Below are positions 1 to 9,190 of a DNA stretch of 64,000 nt, piece by piece. The DNA is from an uncultured Pelagibacteraceae bacterium (lineage in GTDB: Bacteria > Pseudomonadota > Alphaproteobacteria > Pelagibacterales > Pelagibacteraceae). The translations under genes and the position numbers were made by a program. The stretch covers positions 48,503 through 112,502 of the forward strand of contig CACKHN010000001.1 in assembly GCA_902599995.1 (NCBI GenBank). The letters run 5' to 3'. The notes under the pieces were generated by a model. That model saw only the letters and a program-made list of their open reading frames with translations, made no database searches and was not told where the DNA came from. Positions within the stretch are counted from its first letter, which is position 1. The number at the start of each line of letters is the position of its first letter.

Positions 1-907
1 CATGGTCTGAGCCAATTGTATCATTGAAGTTATTTCTTACAGCATACCATAATCTATCATAATGAGACTTGTCCCTTAATGGAGGATTCATTTGAGCATA
101 AGTTCCAAGTTTATCGTAACAATCAGGAGCATATAGTGTTAAATGCTGAGGTGTGATCTCAAATGTAATATTTCCTTTATGTTGTGATAAAAAATCAATT
201 TCCTCTTTCGTGGTTATATGAAGAACATGAGCTTTTTTATTGTATTTTTCTGCAATTCTTACGATTCTCCTTGTAGATGAAATTGCACACTCTGCACTTC
301 TCCACACGGGGTGTGTATGAACATCTCCTTGCTTAATTAGTTTTTTATTTACTTTTAGTATGGCTTCATCTTCGGAGTGAACTGCAACAACTTTTGAAGC
401 ATTTTGAAAAACTTTATCGATATCATCCTCTTCAGCAACTAATAAATTTCCAGTTGAAGATCCTGCAAAAAGCTTAATGCCACAACAGCCCTCTAAATCT
501 TTTAAACTTGCTAAATCATCTGCATTTTCAGCTGTTGCACCAAAGTAAAATGCATAATTGCAATACATTCTGTTTTTAGCGAGGTCTAATTTTCTCTGAA
601 ATTCTTTTTTATTAGAAGTTGGGGGATTTGTATTCGGCATTTCGAAAACACTAGTAATGCCTCCTGCAATTGCTGCTCTACTCCCTGAGTGAAGATCTTC
701 GGTATCAGTTGATCCAGGTTCTCTAAAATGAGTTTGAGTATCTATACAACCTGGCAAAACAGTATGGCCGTTTGCATCAATGATTTTTTTACCCTCTTCT
801 GAAATCTCACCAATCTGTTGAATTTTTTTGTCTTTTATAGCAACATCCACATCCTTTAACTCTCCATCAATGTAACATTTACCATTTTTGATTATAAGAT
901 CTAACAT
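1..907 (-). CDS. pyrC: Dihydroorotase (amidohydrolase family), 3' end outside the window
   Basis: Not in the ORF track. Manual minus-strand translation from ATG at 907 gives MLDLIIKNGKCYIDG...LPGCIDTQTHFREPG...AAIAGGITSVFEMPNTNPP, typical of long dihydroorotases. Confidence 0.85.
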   Translation of the reverse strand, partial: MLDLIIKNGKCYIDGELKDVDVAIKDKKIQQIGEISEEGKKIIDANGHTVLPGCIDTQTHFREPGSTDTEDLHSGSRAAIAGGITSVFEMPNTNPPTSNKKEFQRKLDLAKNRMYCNYAFYFGATAENADDLASLKDLEGCCGIKLFAGSSTGNLLVAEEDDIDKVFQNASKVVAVHSEDEAILKVNKKLIKQGDVHTHPVWRSAECAISSTRRIVRIAEKYNKKAHVLHITTKEEIDFLSQHKGNITFEITPQHLTLYAPDCYDKLGTYAQMNPPLRDKSHYDRLWYAVRNNFNDTIGSDH

Positions 908-950
908 TTCCGAAAAAACTTATTATATTAAATGTGTTAATCAATCAAAT

Positions 951-1841
951 ATGAATATCAAAAACGTTTACATTTTAGAAAACAGGGCCATTCTTTATGT
1001 AAGTGGAGATGATGCTAAAAATTTTCTACAAAACCTAATCAGCAATGATATTGGTAAAGTAAATGAAACCTGCAGTTGCTTTGCTTCTTTATTATCTCCT
1101 CAAGGAAAATTTTTGTATGAATTCATTATCATAAAACATAAATCAGGTTTTTTAATCGATTGTGAAAAATCACAAGCAGATGGATTATATAAGCAACTTA
1201 GCGTTTACAAATTAAGATCTAAAGTTGAAATATTAAATCTTACTAATGAGTTTGTTGTTGCAGCATTCAGTTATGAAAAGTTTCTGACCTTTGATGGGGT
1301 AAAAGATATTACTGGTTTCACTTTAAAATTTAGAGAAGATCCAATATTTTTAGATCCACGGAATAAACAATTAGGTGCAAGATTAATAATCAATTTAGAG
1401 AAACTTTATTTATCTTTAAAAAAATTAGACTTACATGACTCAAATGTAGAAAATTACTATTCTTTAAGTCATCAATTGGGGATAGTTCCAAAAAACTTAA
1501 ATCAATTACAAAATAAGGCTTTTGGAATTGAATGTAATTTTGATCAACTTAACGGCATTGATTTTAAAAAAGGTTGTTATGTTGGACAGGAAAATACAGC
1601 AAGGATAAAACTTAAAAATAAACTTACAAAAAGATTGTTACCTATAACTATTATAGATGGAAAATTGCATGAGGGTGAAGGTATTTTTAATAAAGAAAGC
1701 GAGATTGGAAAAGTATTGATAAATAATGAATACCCTTTTGCTCTTATAAAATTTCTAGATAAAAATTTTGATGAAAATTCAGAATTCAAAACAAAGGAAG
1801 CATTAATCAAAATTAAAAAACCTGAATGGATCAGTAAATAA
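951..1841 (+). CDS. ygfZ: Folate-binding Fe-S cluster/tRNA-modification protein YgfZ (GcvT family)
   Basis: Signature KGCYVGQE, plus FLQNLISND and LLSPQGK. ATG at 951 preferred to 888, which would overlap pyrC. Confidence 0.9.
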   Translation: MNIKNVYILENRAILYVSGDDAKNFLQNLISNDIGKVNETCSCFASLLSPQGKFLYEFIIIKHKSGFLIDCEKSQADGLYKQLSVYKLRSKVEILNLTNEFVVAAFSYEKFLTFDGVKDITGFTLKFREDPIFLDPRNKQLGARLIINLEKLYLSLKKLDLHDSNVENYYSLSHQLGIVPKNLNQLQNKAFGIECNFDQLNGIDFKKGCYVGQENTARIKLKNKLTKRLLPITIIDGKLHEGEGIFNKESEIGKVLINNEYPFALIKFLDKNFDENSEFKTKEALIKIKKPEWISK

Positions 1842-1850
1842 ACAAAGAAT

Positions 1851-1936
1851 TGGTGCGGTCGGAGAGACTCGAACTCTCATGGACTAGGTCCACACGGCCC
1901 TCAACCGTGCCTGTCTACCAATTTCAGCACGACCGC
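1851..1936 (-). tRNA. tRNA-Leu(GAG)
   Basis: Reverse complement GCGGTCGTGCTGAAATTGGTAGAC...CACGG-TTGAGGG-CCGTG, long variable arm, GAGAGTTCGAGTCTCTC, CGACCGC-A-CCA. Confidence 0.95.
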
Positions 1937-1991
1937 AATATGTCCCATAATAAATGAATGACAACTATGTTTCAAATTGGTAAAAATTTGT

Positions 1992-2981
1992 ATGGAATTT
2001 ACACAAGAAGTAAAGCAAGCAACAGATCCAATTTACCAAAAAATTTCTAAGGTTATGCCTGAAATTGAGTGGTCAGTTCACGCGCCCTATATTCATAAAA
2101 TCAATAAACTTAAAAAAGAGAAGAACGCAGTTATTCTTGCTCATAATTATCAAACTCCTGAAATATATCATGGGGTTGCAGATTTTTCTGCAGACTCTTT
2201 AGCTTTAGCAATTGAAGCCTCTAAAACTTCAGCAGATATAATTTTGATGGCAGGAGTTCATTTTATGGCAGAAACTGCAAAACTAATGAGCCCTGATAAA
2301 AAAGTTATTTTACCAGATATGAATGCAGGTTGTTCGTTATCCTCATCAATTACTGGAAAAGACGTAAGATTATTGAAAGAAAAATACCCAGGAGTTCCAG
2401 TTGTTTCCTATGTTAACACCTCTGCTGAAGTAAAAGCTGAAACTGATGTTTGTTGCACGTCAGCCAATGCTGTTAAGATTGTAAAATCACTAGGAGTTAA
2501 AAAAGTAATTTTTTTACCTGATGATTATCTTGCAAAATATGTTGCCTCACAAACAGATGTCGAAATTATTTCTTGGAAAGGCATTTGTATTGTTCATGAC
2601 CAATTTAATGAGCAAGAAATACATAATATCAGAAAAAATAATCCTGGAATAAAAATAATTGCTCACCCTGAATGTCCCCCAGATGTTATTAAGGCAAGTG
2701 ACTTTGCAGGTTCTACTTCTGGAATGATTAATTATGTCAAAGACAATCAGCCTAAGAAAGTTATGATGGTTACTGAATGCTCTATGAGCGATAATATTCA
2801 AATAGAAAATCCTAATGTAGAATTTGTTAAACCATGTAACATGTGTCCTCATATGAAAAAGATTACTCTTCCAAAAATTTTAAATTGTTTAGAAAATGAA
2901 ACAGGTGAAATAATCATGGACAAAGAGACTATCGATAAAGCAAGAATTTCAGTAGAGAAAATGGCAGCTATCGGCAGATAA
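1992..2981 (+). CDS. nadA: Quinolinate synthase
   Basis: ILAHNYQ, GVHFMAET, AGCSL, YVNTSA, CIVH, AHPEC and CNMCPHM motifs. ATG at 1992 taken as start. Confidence 0.95.
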   Translation: MEFTQEVKQATDPIYQKISKVMPEIEWSVHAPYIHKINKLKKEKNAVILAHNYQTPEIYHGVADFSADSLALAIEASKTSADIILMAGVHFMAETAKLMSPDKKVILPDMNAGCSLSSSITGKDVRLLKEKYPGVPVVSYVNTSAEVKAETDVCCTSANAVKIVKSLGVKKVIFLPDDYLAKYVASQTDVEIISWKGICIVHDQFNEQEIHNIRKNNPGIKIIAHPECPPDVIKASDFAGSTSGMINYVKDNQPKKVMMVTECSMSDNIQIENPNVEFVKPCNMCPHMKKITLPKILNCLENETGEIIMDKETIDKARISVEKMAAIGR

Positions 2982-2984
2982 TAA

Positions 2985-3818
2985 GTGTCAAAAATTAAAC
3001 TTAGCAAAGAATTTATTCGTAATACTGTCAAACTAGCATTAAATGAGGATCTTTATCCTTCTGGGGATATAACTTCAAGTTTAGTTAAAAATGACAAAGT
3101 TATAACCGTTAAACTTTTATCTAACCAAAATGCAATAATTGGTGGATTGTTATTTGCTAAACAAGCTTTTGCACTAATTGATAGTAAAATTAAATTCATA
3201 ATCAAAAAGAAAGATGGCTCAAAGATAAAAAAAGGTTCTTTAGTTGCTTTGATAAAGGGAAATGCAAAAAATATATTAATAGCTGAAAGAGTTGCATTAA
3301 ATTTTTTATCTCACATTTCTGGTATAGCTACTAAAACTAATGAATTTGTTAAACTGGCTGGAAAAAAAACAAAAATTTGTTGTACACGAAAAACAATTCC
3401 AAATTTAAGAGTAATCCAAAAATATGCAGTTAAGTTAGGAGGTGGAACAAATCATCGGTTTAATTTAAGTGATGAATATTTAATTAAAGACAATCATATA
3501 GCAAGTTCAGATCTAAGAAGTTTAGTCACCAAAGCTATCAAAAATAAAAGAGGACGAAAAATTACTGTTGAAATAGACAATCTAAATCAACTTAAATCAA
3601 TAATAGGTCTTAGGTTTAATACAGTGTTATTCGACAATATGAGTATTAAAAGTTTGAAAGAGGGCGTCAAGATCTCTAGTAAACACTACGAAACCGAAGC
3701 CTCAGGAAATATAAATTTAAAAACAGTAAAATCTGTTGCTGCAACAGGAGTTAAAAGGATTTCTGTTGGATCTATTACTCATAGTGCTCCAGCAGTTGAT
3801 CTAAAATTAGAAATTTAA
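2985..3818 (+). CDS. nadC: Quinolinate phosphoribosyltransferase
   Basis: EDL..GDITS, ERVALNFL, CTRKTIP, HRFNLSD, LIKDNH and EASGNI motifs; follows nadA. Confidence 0.95.
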   Translation: MSKIKLSKEFIRNTVKLALNEDLYPSGDITSSLVKNDKVITVKLLSNQNAIIGGLLFAKQAFALIDSKIKFIIKKKDGSKIKKGSLVALIKGNAKNILIAERVALNFLSHISGIATKTNEFVKLAGKKTKICCTRKTIPNLRVIQKYAVKLGGGTNHRFNLSDEYLIKDNHIASSDLRSLVTKAIKNKRGRKITVEIDNLNQLKSIIGLRFNTVLFDNMSIKSLKEGVKISSKHYETEASGNINLKTVKSVAATGVKRISVGSITHSAPAVDLKLEI

Positions 3819-4186
3819 GATACAAATTTTGAAAGATCTGGTTTGAAATAATTAGGTCCTTTCATAACTTTTCCTGCGTCATTGTAAATGGGTTTTCCAT
3901 TTTCGTCTAACTTGCTCATGTTTGAATTTTGAACCTCCTCAAAACACTTATCTAAATCAATTCCAAAAGCATGCCCTGCTCCATAAGTAACGTATAAAAT
4001 ATCTGTTAAAGCGTCAGCAACCTCTAGCAAATCTTGATTGTTAATGGCATTTGTGAGTTCTGCTAATTCCTCCTTAATAAGATCTATCCTTAATTTATTG
4101 ATTTTATCTGTGCTAAATGAAGGCTTTGTTTTGACCTCTTGACCAAAAGTTTTCATGAAAGTTCCAACTTTACTAAAATTCGACAT
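3815..4186 (-). CDS. MazG-like all-alpha NTP pyrophosphohydrolase
   Basis: LIKEELAEL...EVADALTDILYVTYG, SNMSKL and GKVMKGPNY motifs. Confidence 0.8.
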   Translation of the reverse strand: MSNFSKVGTFMKTFGQEVKTKPSFSTDKINKLRIDLIKEELAELTNAINNQDLLEVADALTDILYVTYGAGHAFGIDLDKCFEEVQNSNMSKLDENGKPIYNDAGKVMKGPNYFKPDLSKFVS

Positions 4187-4253
4187 ATTGCTCCTGTATG
4201 TTTTTAATAATTTATTGTATATTAATAATTATTTGTAACTTAGAAATTAATCA

Positions 4254-5642
4254 ATGAAATTAAGAAAAGAATTCGATAGCATTGGTGGTATCAACGTCCC
4301 AAATGATAAATTATGGGGAGCATCTACTCAAAGATCTAAAAAATTTTTTAATATTGGTAAAATTTTAGTAAATATTTCCATCATCAAATCTATTGCTATA
4401 ATAAAGAGATCCGCAGCAATAGTTCACGCAAGAGACAAACTAATTGATGCCAAAATTTCGAAGGCAATAATTAGAGCATCCCATGAGGTTATCAAAGGAA
4501 AATTAGATCACAATTTTCCATTAAAAGTATGGCAAACAGGTTCTGGAACACAAACAAATATGAATGTTAATGAAGTTATTGCTAACCGTGCGATAGAAAT
4601 GATGAGTGGAAAAAAAGGTTCTAAGAAACCTGTGCATCCAAATGATCATGTAAATAAATCACAATCCACAAACGATGTTTTTCCAACTGCAATGCACATA
4701 TCAGTTGCAAAAGAGACGTTAAGTAAATTACTTCCAAACTTAAAGATTTTAGAAAAAGAATTAAATAAAAAATCTAAGGAATTTAAAAGTATAGTAAAAA
4801 TTGGACGAACCCATCTTCAAGATGCAACTCCTCTTTCTCTAGGTCAAGAGTTTTCAGGATATCATGCTCAACTTAAGAAAAGTATTGAAAGAATTGAATA
4901 TGCCTTGAAAGAAATTTTATTTCTTGCTCAAGGTGGAACAGCTGTTGGAACAGGAATCAATTCTAAGAAAAACTTTGATAAAAAAATAGTTAAAGAGATT
5001 GCTAAATTCACAAAGATTAAATTTAAATCTGCTCCTAATAAATTTGCTGAGCTTGCAGCACATGATGCAATAGTTAATTTTTCTGGAACTCTAAATACTT
5101 GTGCAGTAGCATTAATGAAAATATCTAATGATATAAGATTTCTAGGATCAGGTCCTAGAGCGGGTTATGGAGAATTAATTTTACCTGAAAATGAACCTGG
5201 TTCATCTATTATGCCTGGCAAAATTAATCCTACTCAGTGTGAGGCTGTTACAATGGTATGCGTAAAAGTTATTGGAAACCATAACGGTATAACAATGGCA
5301 GGTTCACATGGACATTTTGAATTAAATGTTTTTAAACCTTTGATCGCACATAATATTTTACAGTCAATTGACTTGATAGCTGATAGCACCAAAAATTTTG
5401 CTATATTTTGTGTTAAAGGTATAAAAGCAAATAAAAAGAAAATACAAGAACACTTAGATAATTCTTTAATGCTTGTTACGGCATTGGCTCCTCATATAGG
5501 CTATGATAATGCTGCCAAAATTGCAAAAACTGCACTAAAAAATAATACTACATTAAAACACGAAACTTTAAAAACAGGATTAATTAAAGAAAAAGATTAC
5601 GACAGAATTGTTGATCCAAAAAAAATGATCTATCCAACATAA
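4254..5642 (+). CDS. fumC: Class II fumarate hydratase
   Basis: WQTGSGTQTNMN, SQSTND, GRTHLQDA and the signature GSSIMPGKINP. Confidence 0.97.
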   Translation: MKLRKEFDSIGGINVPNDKLWGASTQRSKKFFNIGKILVNISIIKSIAIIKRSAAIVHARDKLIDAKISKAIIRASHEVIKGKLDHNFPLKVWQTGSGTQTNMNVNEVIANRAIEMMSGKKGSKKPVHPNDHVNKSQSTNDVFPTAMHISVAKETLSKLLPNLKILEKELNKKSKEFKSIVKIGRTHLQDATPLSLGQEFSGYHAQLKKSIERIEYALKEILFLAQGGTAVGTGINSKKNFDKKIVKEIAKFTKIKFKSAPNKFAELAAHDAIVNFSGTLNTCAVALMKISNDIRFLGSGPRAGYGELILPENEPGSSIMPGKINPTQCEAVTMVCVKVIGNHNGITMAGSHGHFELNVFKPLIAHNILQSIDLIADSTKNFAIFCVKGIKANKKKIQEHLDNSLMLVTALAPHIGYDNAAKIAKTALKNNTTLKHETLKTGLIKEKDYDRIVDPKKMIYPT

Positions 5643-7120
5643 GCTTTTATTGAGGAATTCATCAAATTTTTAAAATAAATTTTATTTTGCAAATCATCAT
5701 CACGAAGATAAATATTATTTAATTTTTCATTTACTTTTTTATTATATTTACCATCAATCATAATATCTTTTAAGAGTAAAGTTTTTTCATCAAAGATATA
5801 AGAAAAATTAAAGTTAATTTTTTTTATTTTTTTTCTAAAGTTTTTTGGAGTTGCTAAATACTGGTAAATATTTTTCACATTTGATATATTTATTTCTGTC
5901 CTTCCACTTAGAACAAGTTTACCATCTTTAACATAAATTAATGTATCATTTAACTTTGCAATAATACTATTTTTCCATTCAATTCTAGATTCATCTATAT
6001 CAATTAATCCATCAAAAATTTTTGATTTTAAAATAAAATTAGAAAAATTTTTGTTATTTCTAATTTTTTTGGCATTTAATTGAAATTTAAATTCTAAATT
6101 TTTATTATTAAAAATTTCTGTTTTTATTAACTGAGGTATCAAAGCATTAAAACCAAAAAAATGAAGAATACTTATTTCCTCTGCATTTCCATCAAGAGAA
6201 GAATAAAAAGGTTTGAAATTAAATTTTCCATTATATAAAAATTTTTTTTTATCTAAACTATCATAATAATCAAACTCAAAATAATTACTTTCTATTTTGT
6301 AGTCTACTTTACTTTTTTTTTTATCTAAAATGATTGTGGCCGCACCCAATTTAATATCATCTTTATAGTTATACATATTTTCGGTACGTAGATTAGCACT
6401 ATTTGCATTAAGTTCTGAATATAATTTTTTTTCATCGGAGTAATTAATTATTTTTAACGAATAAGGAAAATTAAATATTTCGTTTTGTGTAAAAAGAACA
6501 TTTTGTAATTCTTTAGTATCATAATAATATTCTAAATTTTTAATTTTATTTATAAACAAAACTTCATTATTTGAATTTCGAAAAAAAATTTTACTATTTT
6601 TTATTTTGAAATTAGTATTTAAAAAATTATTGTTGAGAATTTTTAAAAAAAAATTATAGTTTTTGCTTGTTAATTTAAAATTAGCATTTTCTAATTTTAC
6701 ATTATTTATATTAACATTCTTTATGGAAAAAAAGTTTTCTAAAGAGAGATATAATTTTAATTTTGCTATCTCTGATATATTTTTTTGATTTTCATTAATA
6801 GACGAGCCCTCAGTTGTGAAATGTGGTCTTGGAAAAAAACTATAATTTAATTTTTGGGTAAAATTAAAATCTAAGTTAAATTTAGTTAATAATTCTTCTC
6901 TCAATTCCCTTGAAATATCAACTTGTTTGTAAAAAGTTGGGATTAAGAGATAAGATATAAATAGAGTAAAAAGTGCGACAAATGAAAAGATAAATTTATT
7001 ATTACTTGCTAAAATTTTAAAATTATTAAATTTTAACTTGTTTAAATTTCGCTCTAATAGATTATTAATTAATGTGTTTATGTTTTTTAAATTTTTAGCA
7101 AATGAATTTGGCTTAGTCAT
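5630..7120 (-). CDS. Membrane-anchored hypothetical protein, possibly AsmA-like
   Basis: Long ORF with one N-terminal TM segment followed by YSFFPRPH and a beta-rich-looking body. Family assignment is tentative. Confidence 0.5.
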   Translation of the reverse strand: MTKPNSFAKNLKNINTLINNLLERNLNKLKFNNFKILASNNKFIFSFVALFTLFISYLLIPTFYKQVDISRELREELLTKFNLDFNFTQKLNYSFFPRPHFTTEGSSINENQKNISEIAKLKLYLSLENFFSIKNVNINNVKLENANFKLTSKNYNFFLKILNNNFLNTNFKIKNSKIFFRNSNNEVLFINKIKNLEYYYDTKELQNVLFTQNEIFNFPYSLKIINYSDEKKLYSELNANSANLRTENMYNYKDDIKLGAATIILDKKKSKVDYKIESNYFEFDYYDSLDKKKFLYNGKFNFKPFYSSLDGNAEEISILHFFGFNALIPQLIKTEIFNNKNLEFKFQLNAKKIRNNKNFSNFILKSKIFDGLIDIDESRIEWKNSIIAKLNDTLIYVKDGKLVLSGRTEINISNVKNIYQYLATPKNFRKKIKKINFNFSYIFDEKTLLLKDIMIDGKYNKKVNEKLNNIYLRDDDLQNKIYFKNLMNSSIKAYVG

Positions 7121-7153
7121 TACAGTCAAGAACCTTATAAAGTAATATTTTAA

Positions 7154-9190
7154 ATGATAAACAAAGATTATTTAGGTAATTTGAATGAACCTCAAAAAGA
7201 GGCGGTATTACATCTTGATGGTCCACTATTAATTGTGGCAGGGGCCGGCTCAGGTAAAACCAAAGTTTTAACATCTAGAATTGCCAATATTATTAAAGAA
7301 AAAAAGGCGTTCCCCAATCAGATTTTAGCAGTAACTTTCACAAATAAAGCAGCAAAAGAAATGCAAAATAGAGTGAGTAACATATTAGGCTCTGCTGCAA
7401 TAGGACTCTCGTGGCTTGGAACTTTTCACTCAATTTGTGCAAAGCTGCTCAGAAAACATGCTTCTGCTGCAAATTTAAATTCAAATTTCACAATAATAGA
7501 TACCGATGATCAAATAAGACTTATTAAAAATATTTGTAAAGCTGAGAATGTAGACATCAAACAACTATCACCAAGATTTATATTAGCAATTATAGATCGT
7601 TGGAAAAATAAGGGATATTATCCCTCCGAGGTTATTATTAATAAAAAAGATATTTATGAAAAAACTATCTTACCTTTATATCGCATATATCAACAAAAAT
7701 TAATTGATTTAAATTCGTGTGATTTTGGCGATTTGATTCTACATACTGTAGAAATTTTAGAAAAATTTTCTGATATAAGAGAAATTTATTCTAAAAATTT
7801 TAAATATATTCTTGTTGATGAGTATCAAGATACAAACTTTATTCAAAGTAAATGGCTTAATCTTTTATCTGAGAAAAATAAAAATATATGCTGCGTTGGA
7901 GATGATGATCAATCTATTTATAGTTGGCGAGGAGCTGAAATTAAAAATTTTCTTGAATTTGATCAGGTTTATGAAAATACCAAAGTTATAAGGCTTGAAC
8001 AAAATTATAGATCATCTCAAAATATTTTATCTGTTGCATCTAATCTTATTGCTAACAATAAAAATAGAGTTGGTAAAACTTTGACTACTACCATGGAAGA
8101 AGGAGATTTAGTCCAACTAAATTGTTTTAAAAATGGTAAAGATGAAGCTATTGGAGTTTCAGATGAAATTGAAAAAAAAATAAAGAAAAAATTTTCTTAT
8201 AATAATGTTGCAATTCTAGTTAGAGCTATTTTTCAAACTCGTGAATTTGAGGAAAGGTTTCTTAAAATTGGGATGCCTTATAGAATTTTGGGTGGAACTA
8301 AATTTTATGAAAGGGCAGAAATTAAGGATTGTGTTGCTTATTTAAGATTAATTCATCAAGAAAAAGACGATTTATCTTTTGAGAGAATTGTAAATAACCC
8401 CAAAAGAGCAATAGGAGATAGTACTTTAAAAAATATTCATGAATTTGCTAAAGAAAATAATTTAAATTTAGAAAGAGCGTCTAACAAAATGCTAGAACAA
8501 AACCATATAAAACCAAAAGCTAAAATTGGATTAAGCTTATTTATTAATTCTTTGAATAAGTGGAGAAATGATTTGAAAATTAAAAAATCAAATCACGTCA
8601 AGCTATTACAAATTGTTCTAGACGAGTCTGGATATTCAGCAATGCTTAAAAATAAAAAAGATTTAGATAACGAAAATAGATTAGAAAATATTAAAGAATT
8701 ACTGAGTGCTATGAAAGAATTTGATAATTTAGAAAGTTTTTTAGAACATGTCTCGCTTGCAACATCTGTAGATCAAGAATGGCAAGGGGAAAAAGTAAAT
8801 ATGATGACAATGCACGCTGCAAAAGGTTTAGAGTTTGAAGTAGTTTTTTTACCTGGTTGGGAAGAGGGACTATTCCCACATCAAAAATCTATTGAGGAAA
8901 AAGGCCAAAAAGGCCTCGAAGAGGAGAGAAGACTTGCTTATGTTGGAATAACTAGGGCCAAACAAAAAGCTATAATTTCATTTTCAATGAATAGATTTTA
9001 CCAAGGGGATTGGATTGACAGTATGGCATCAAGGTTTATTGATGAGTTACCAGAACAAAATTTAGAAAAGAATTCATTTTTTGATGATGAGGTAAGTAAT
9101 GAAGAGGATTTTGAATTTAACCAAGATTTCGAAGTTGAGGAGGGAACTCGAAGTCCTGGATGGATTAGATATCAAAAAAGAATAAAGTGA
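7154..9190 (+). CDS. uvrD: SF1 DNA helicase UvrD/PcrA
   Basis: AGAGSGKT, VDEYQD, VGDDDQSIY, QNYRS, TMHAAKGLEF and EERRLAYVGITRA motifs. Confidence 0.95.
   Translation: MINKDYLGNLNEPQKEAVLHLDGPLLIVAGAGSGKTKVLTSRIANIIKEKKAFPNQILAVTFTNKAAKEMQNRVSNILGSAAIGLSWLGTFHSICAKLLRKHASAANLNSNFTIIDTDDQIRLIKNICKAENVDIKQLSPRFILAIIDRWKNKGYYPSEVIINKKDIYEKTILPLYRIYQQKLIDLNSCDFGDLILHTVEILEKFSDIREIYSKNFKYILVDEYQDTNFIQSKWLNLLSEKNKNICCVGDDDQSIYSWRGAEIKNFLEFDQVYENTKVIRLEQNYRSSQNILSVASNLIANNKNRVGKTLTTTMEEGDLVQLNCFKNGKDEAIGVSDEIEKKIKKKFSYNNVAILVRAIFQTREFEERFLKIGMPYRILGGTKFYERAEIKDCVAYLRLIHQEKDDLSFERIVNNPKRAIGDSTLKNIHEFAKENNLNLERASNKMLEQNHIKPKAKIGLSLFINSLNKWRNDLKIKKSNHVKLLQIVLDESGYSAMLKNKKDLDNENRLENIKELLSAMKEFDNLESFLEHVSLATSVDQEWQGEKVNMMTMHAAKGLEFEVVFLPGWEEGLFPHQKSIEEKGQKGLEEERRLAYVGITRAKQKAIISFSMNRFYQGDWIDSMASRFIDELPEQNLEKNSFFDDEVSNEEDFEFNQDFEVEEGTRSPGWIRYQKRIK

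Noticed and set aside
888-950. N-terminal extension of ygfZ
   Set aside because: It overlaps the divergent pyrC start; ATG at 951 is more plausible.
3815-4186. MazG-like gene as a prophage or defence marker
   Set aside because: It has no phage neighbours or att sites and sits among core metabolic genes.
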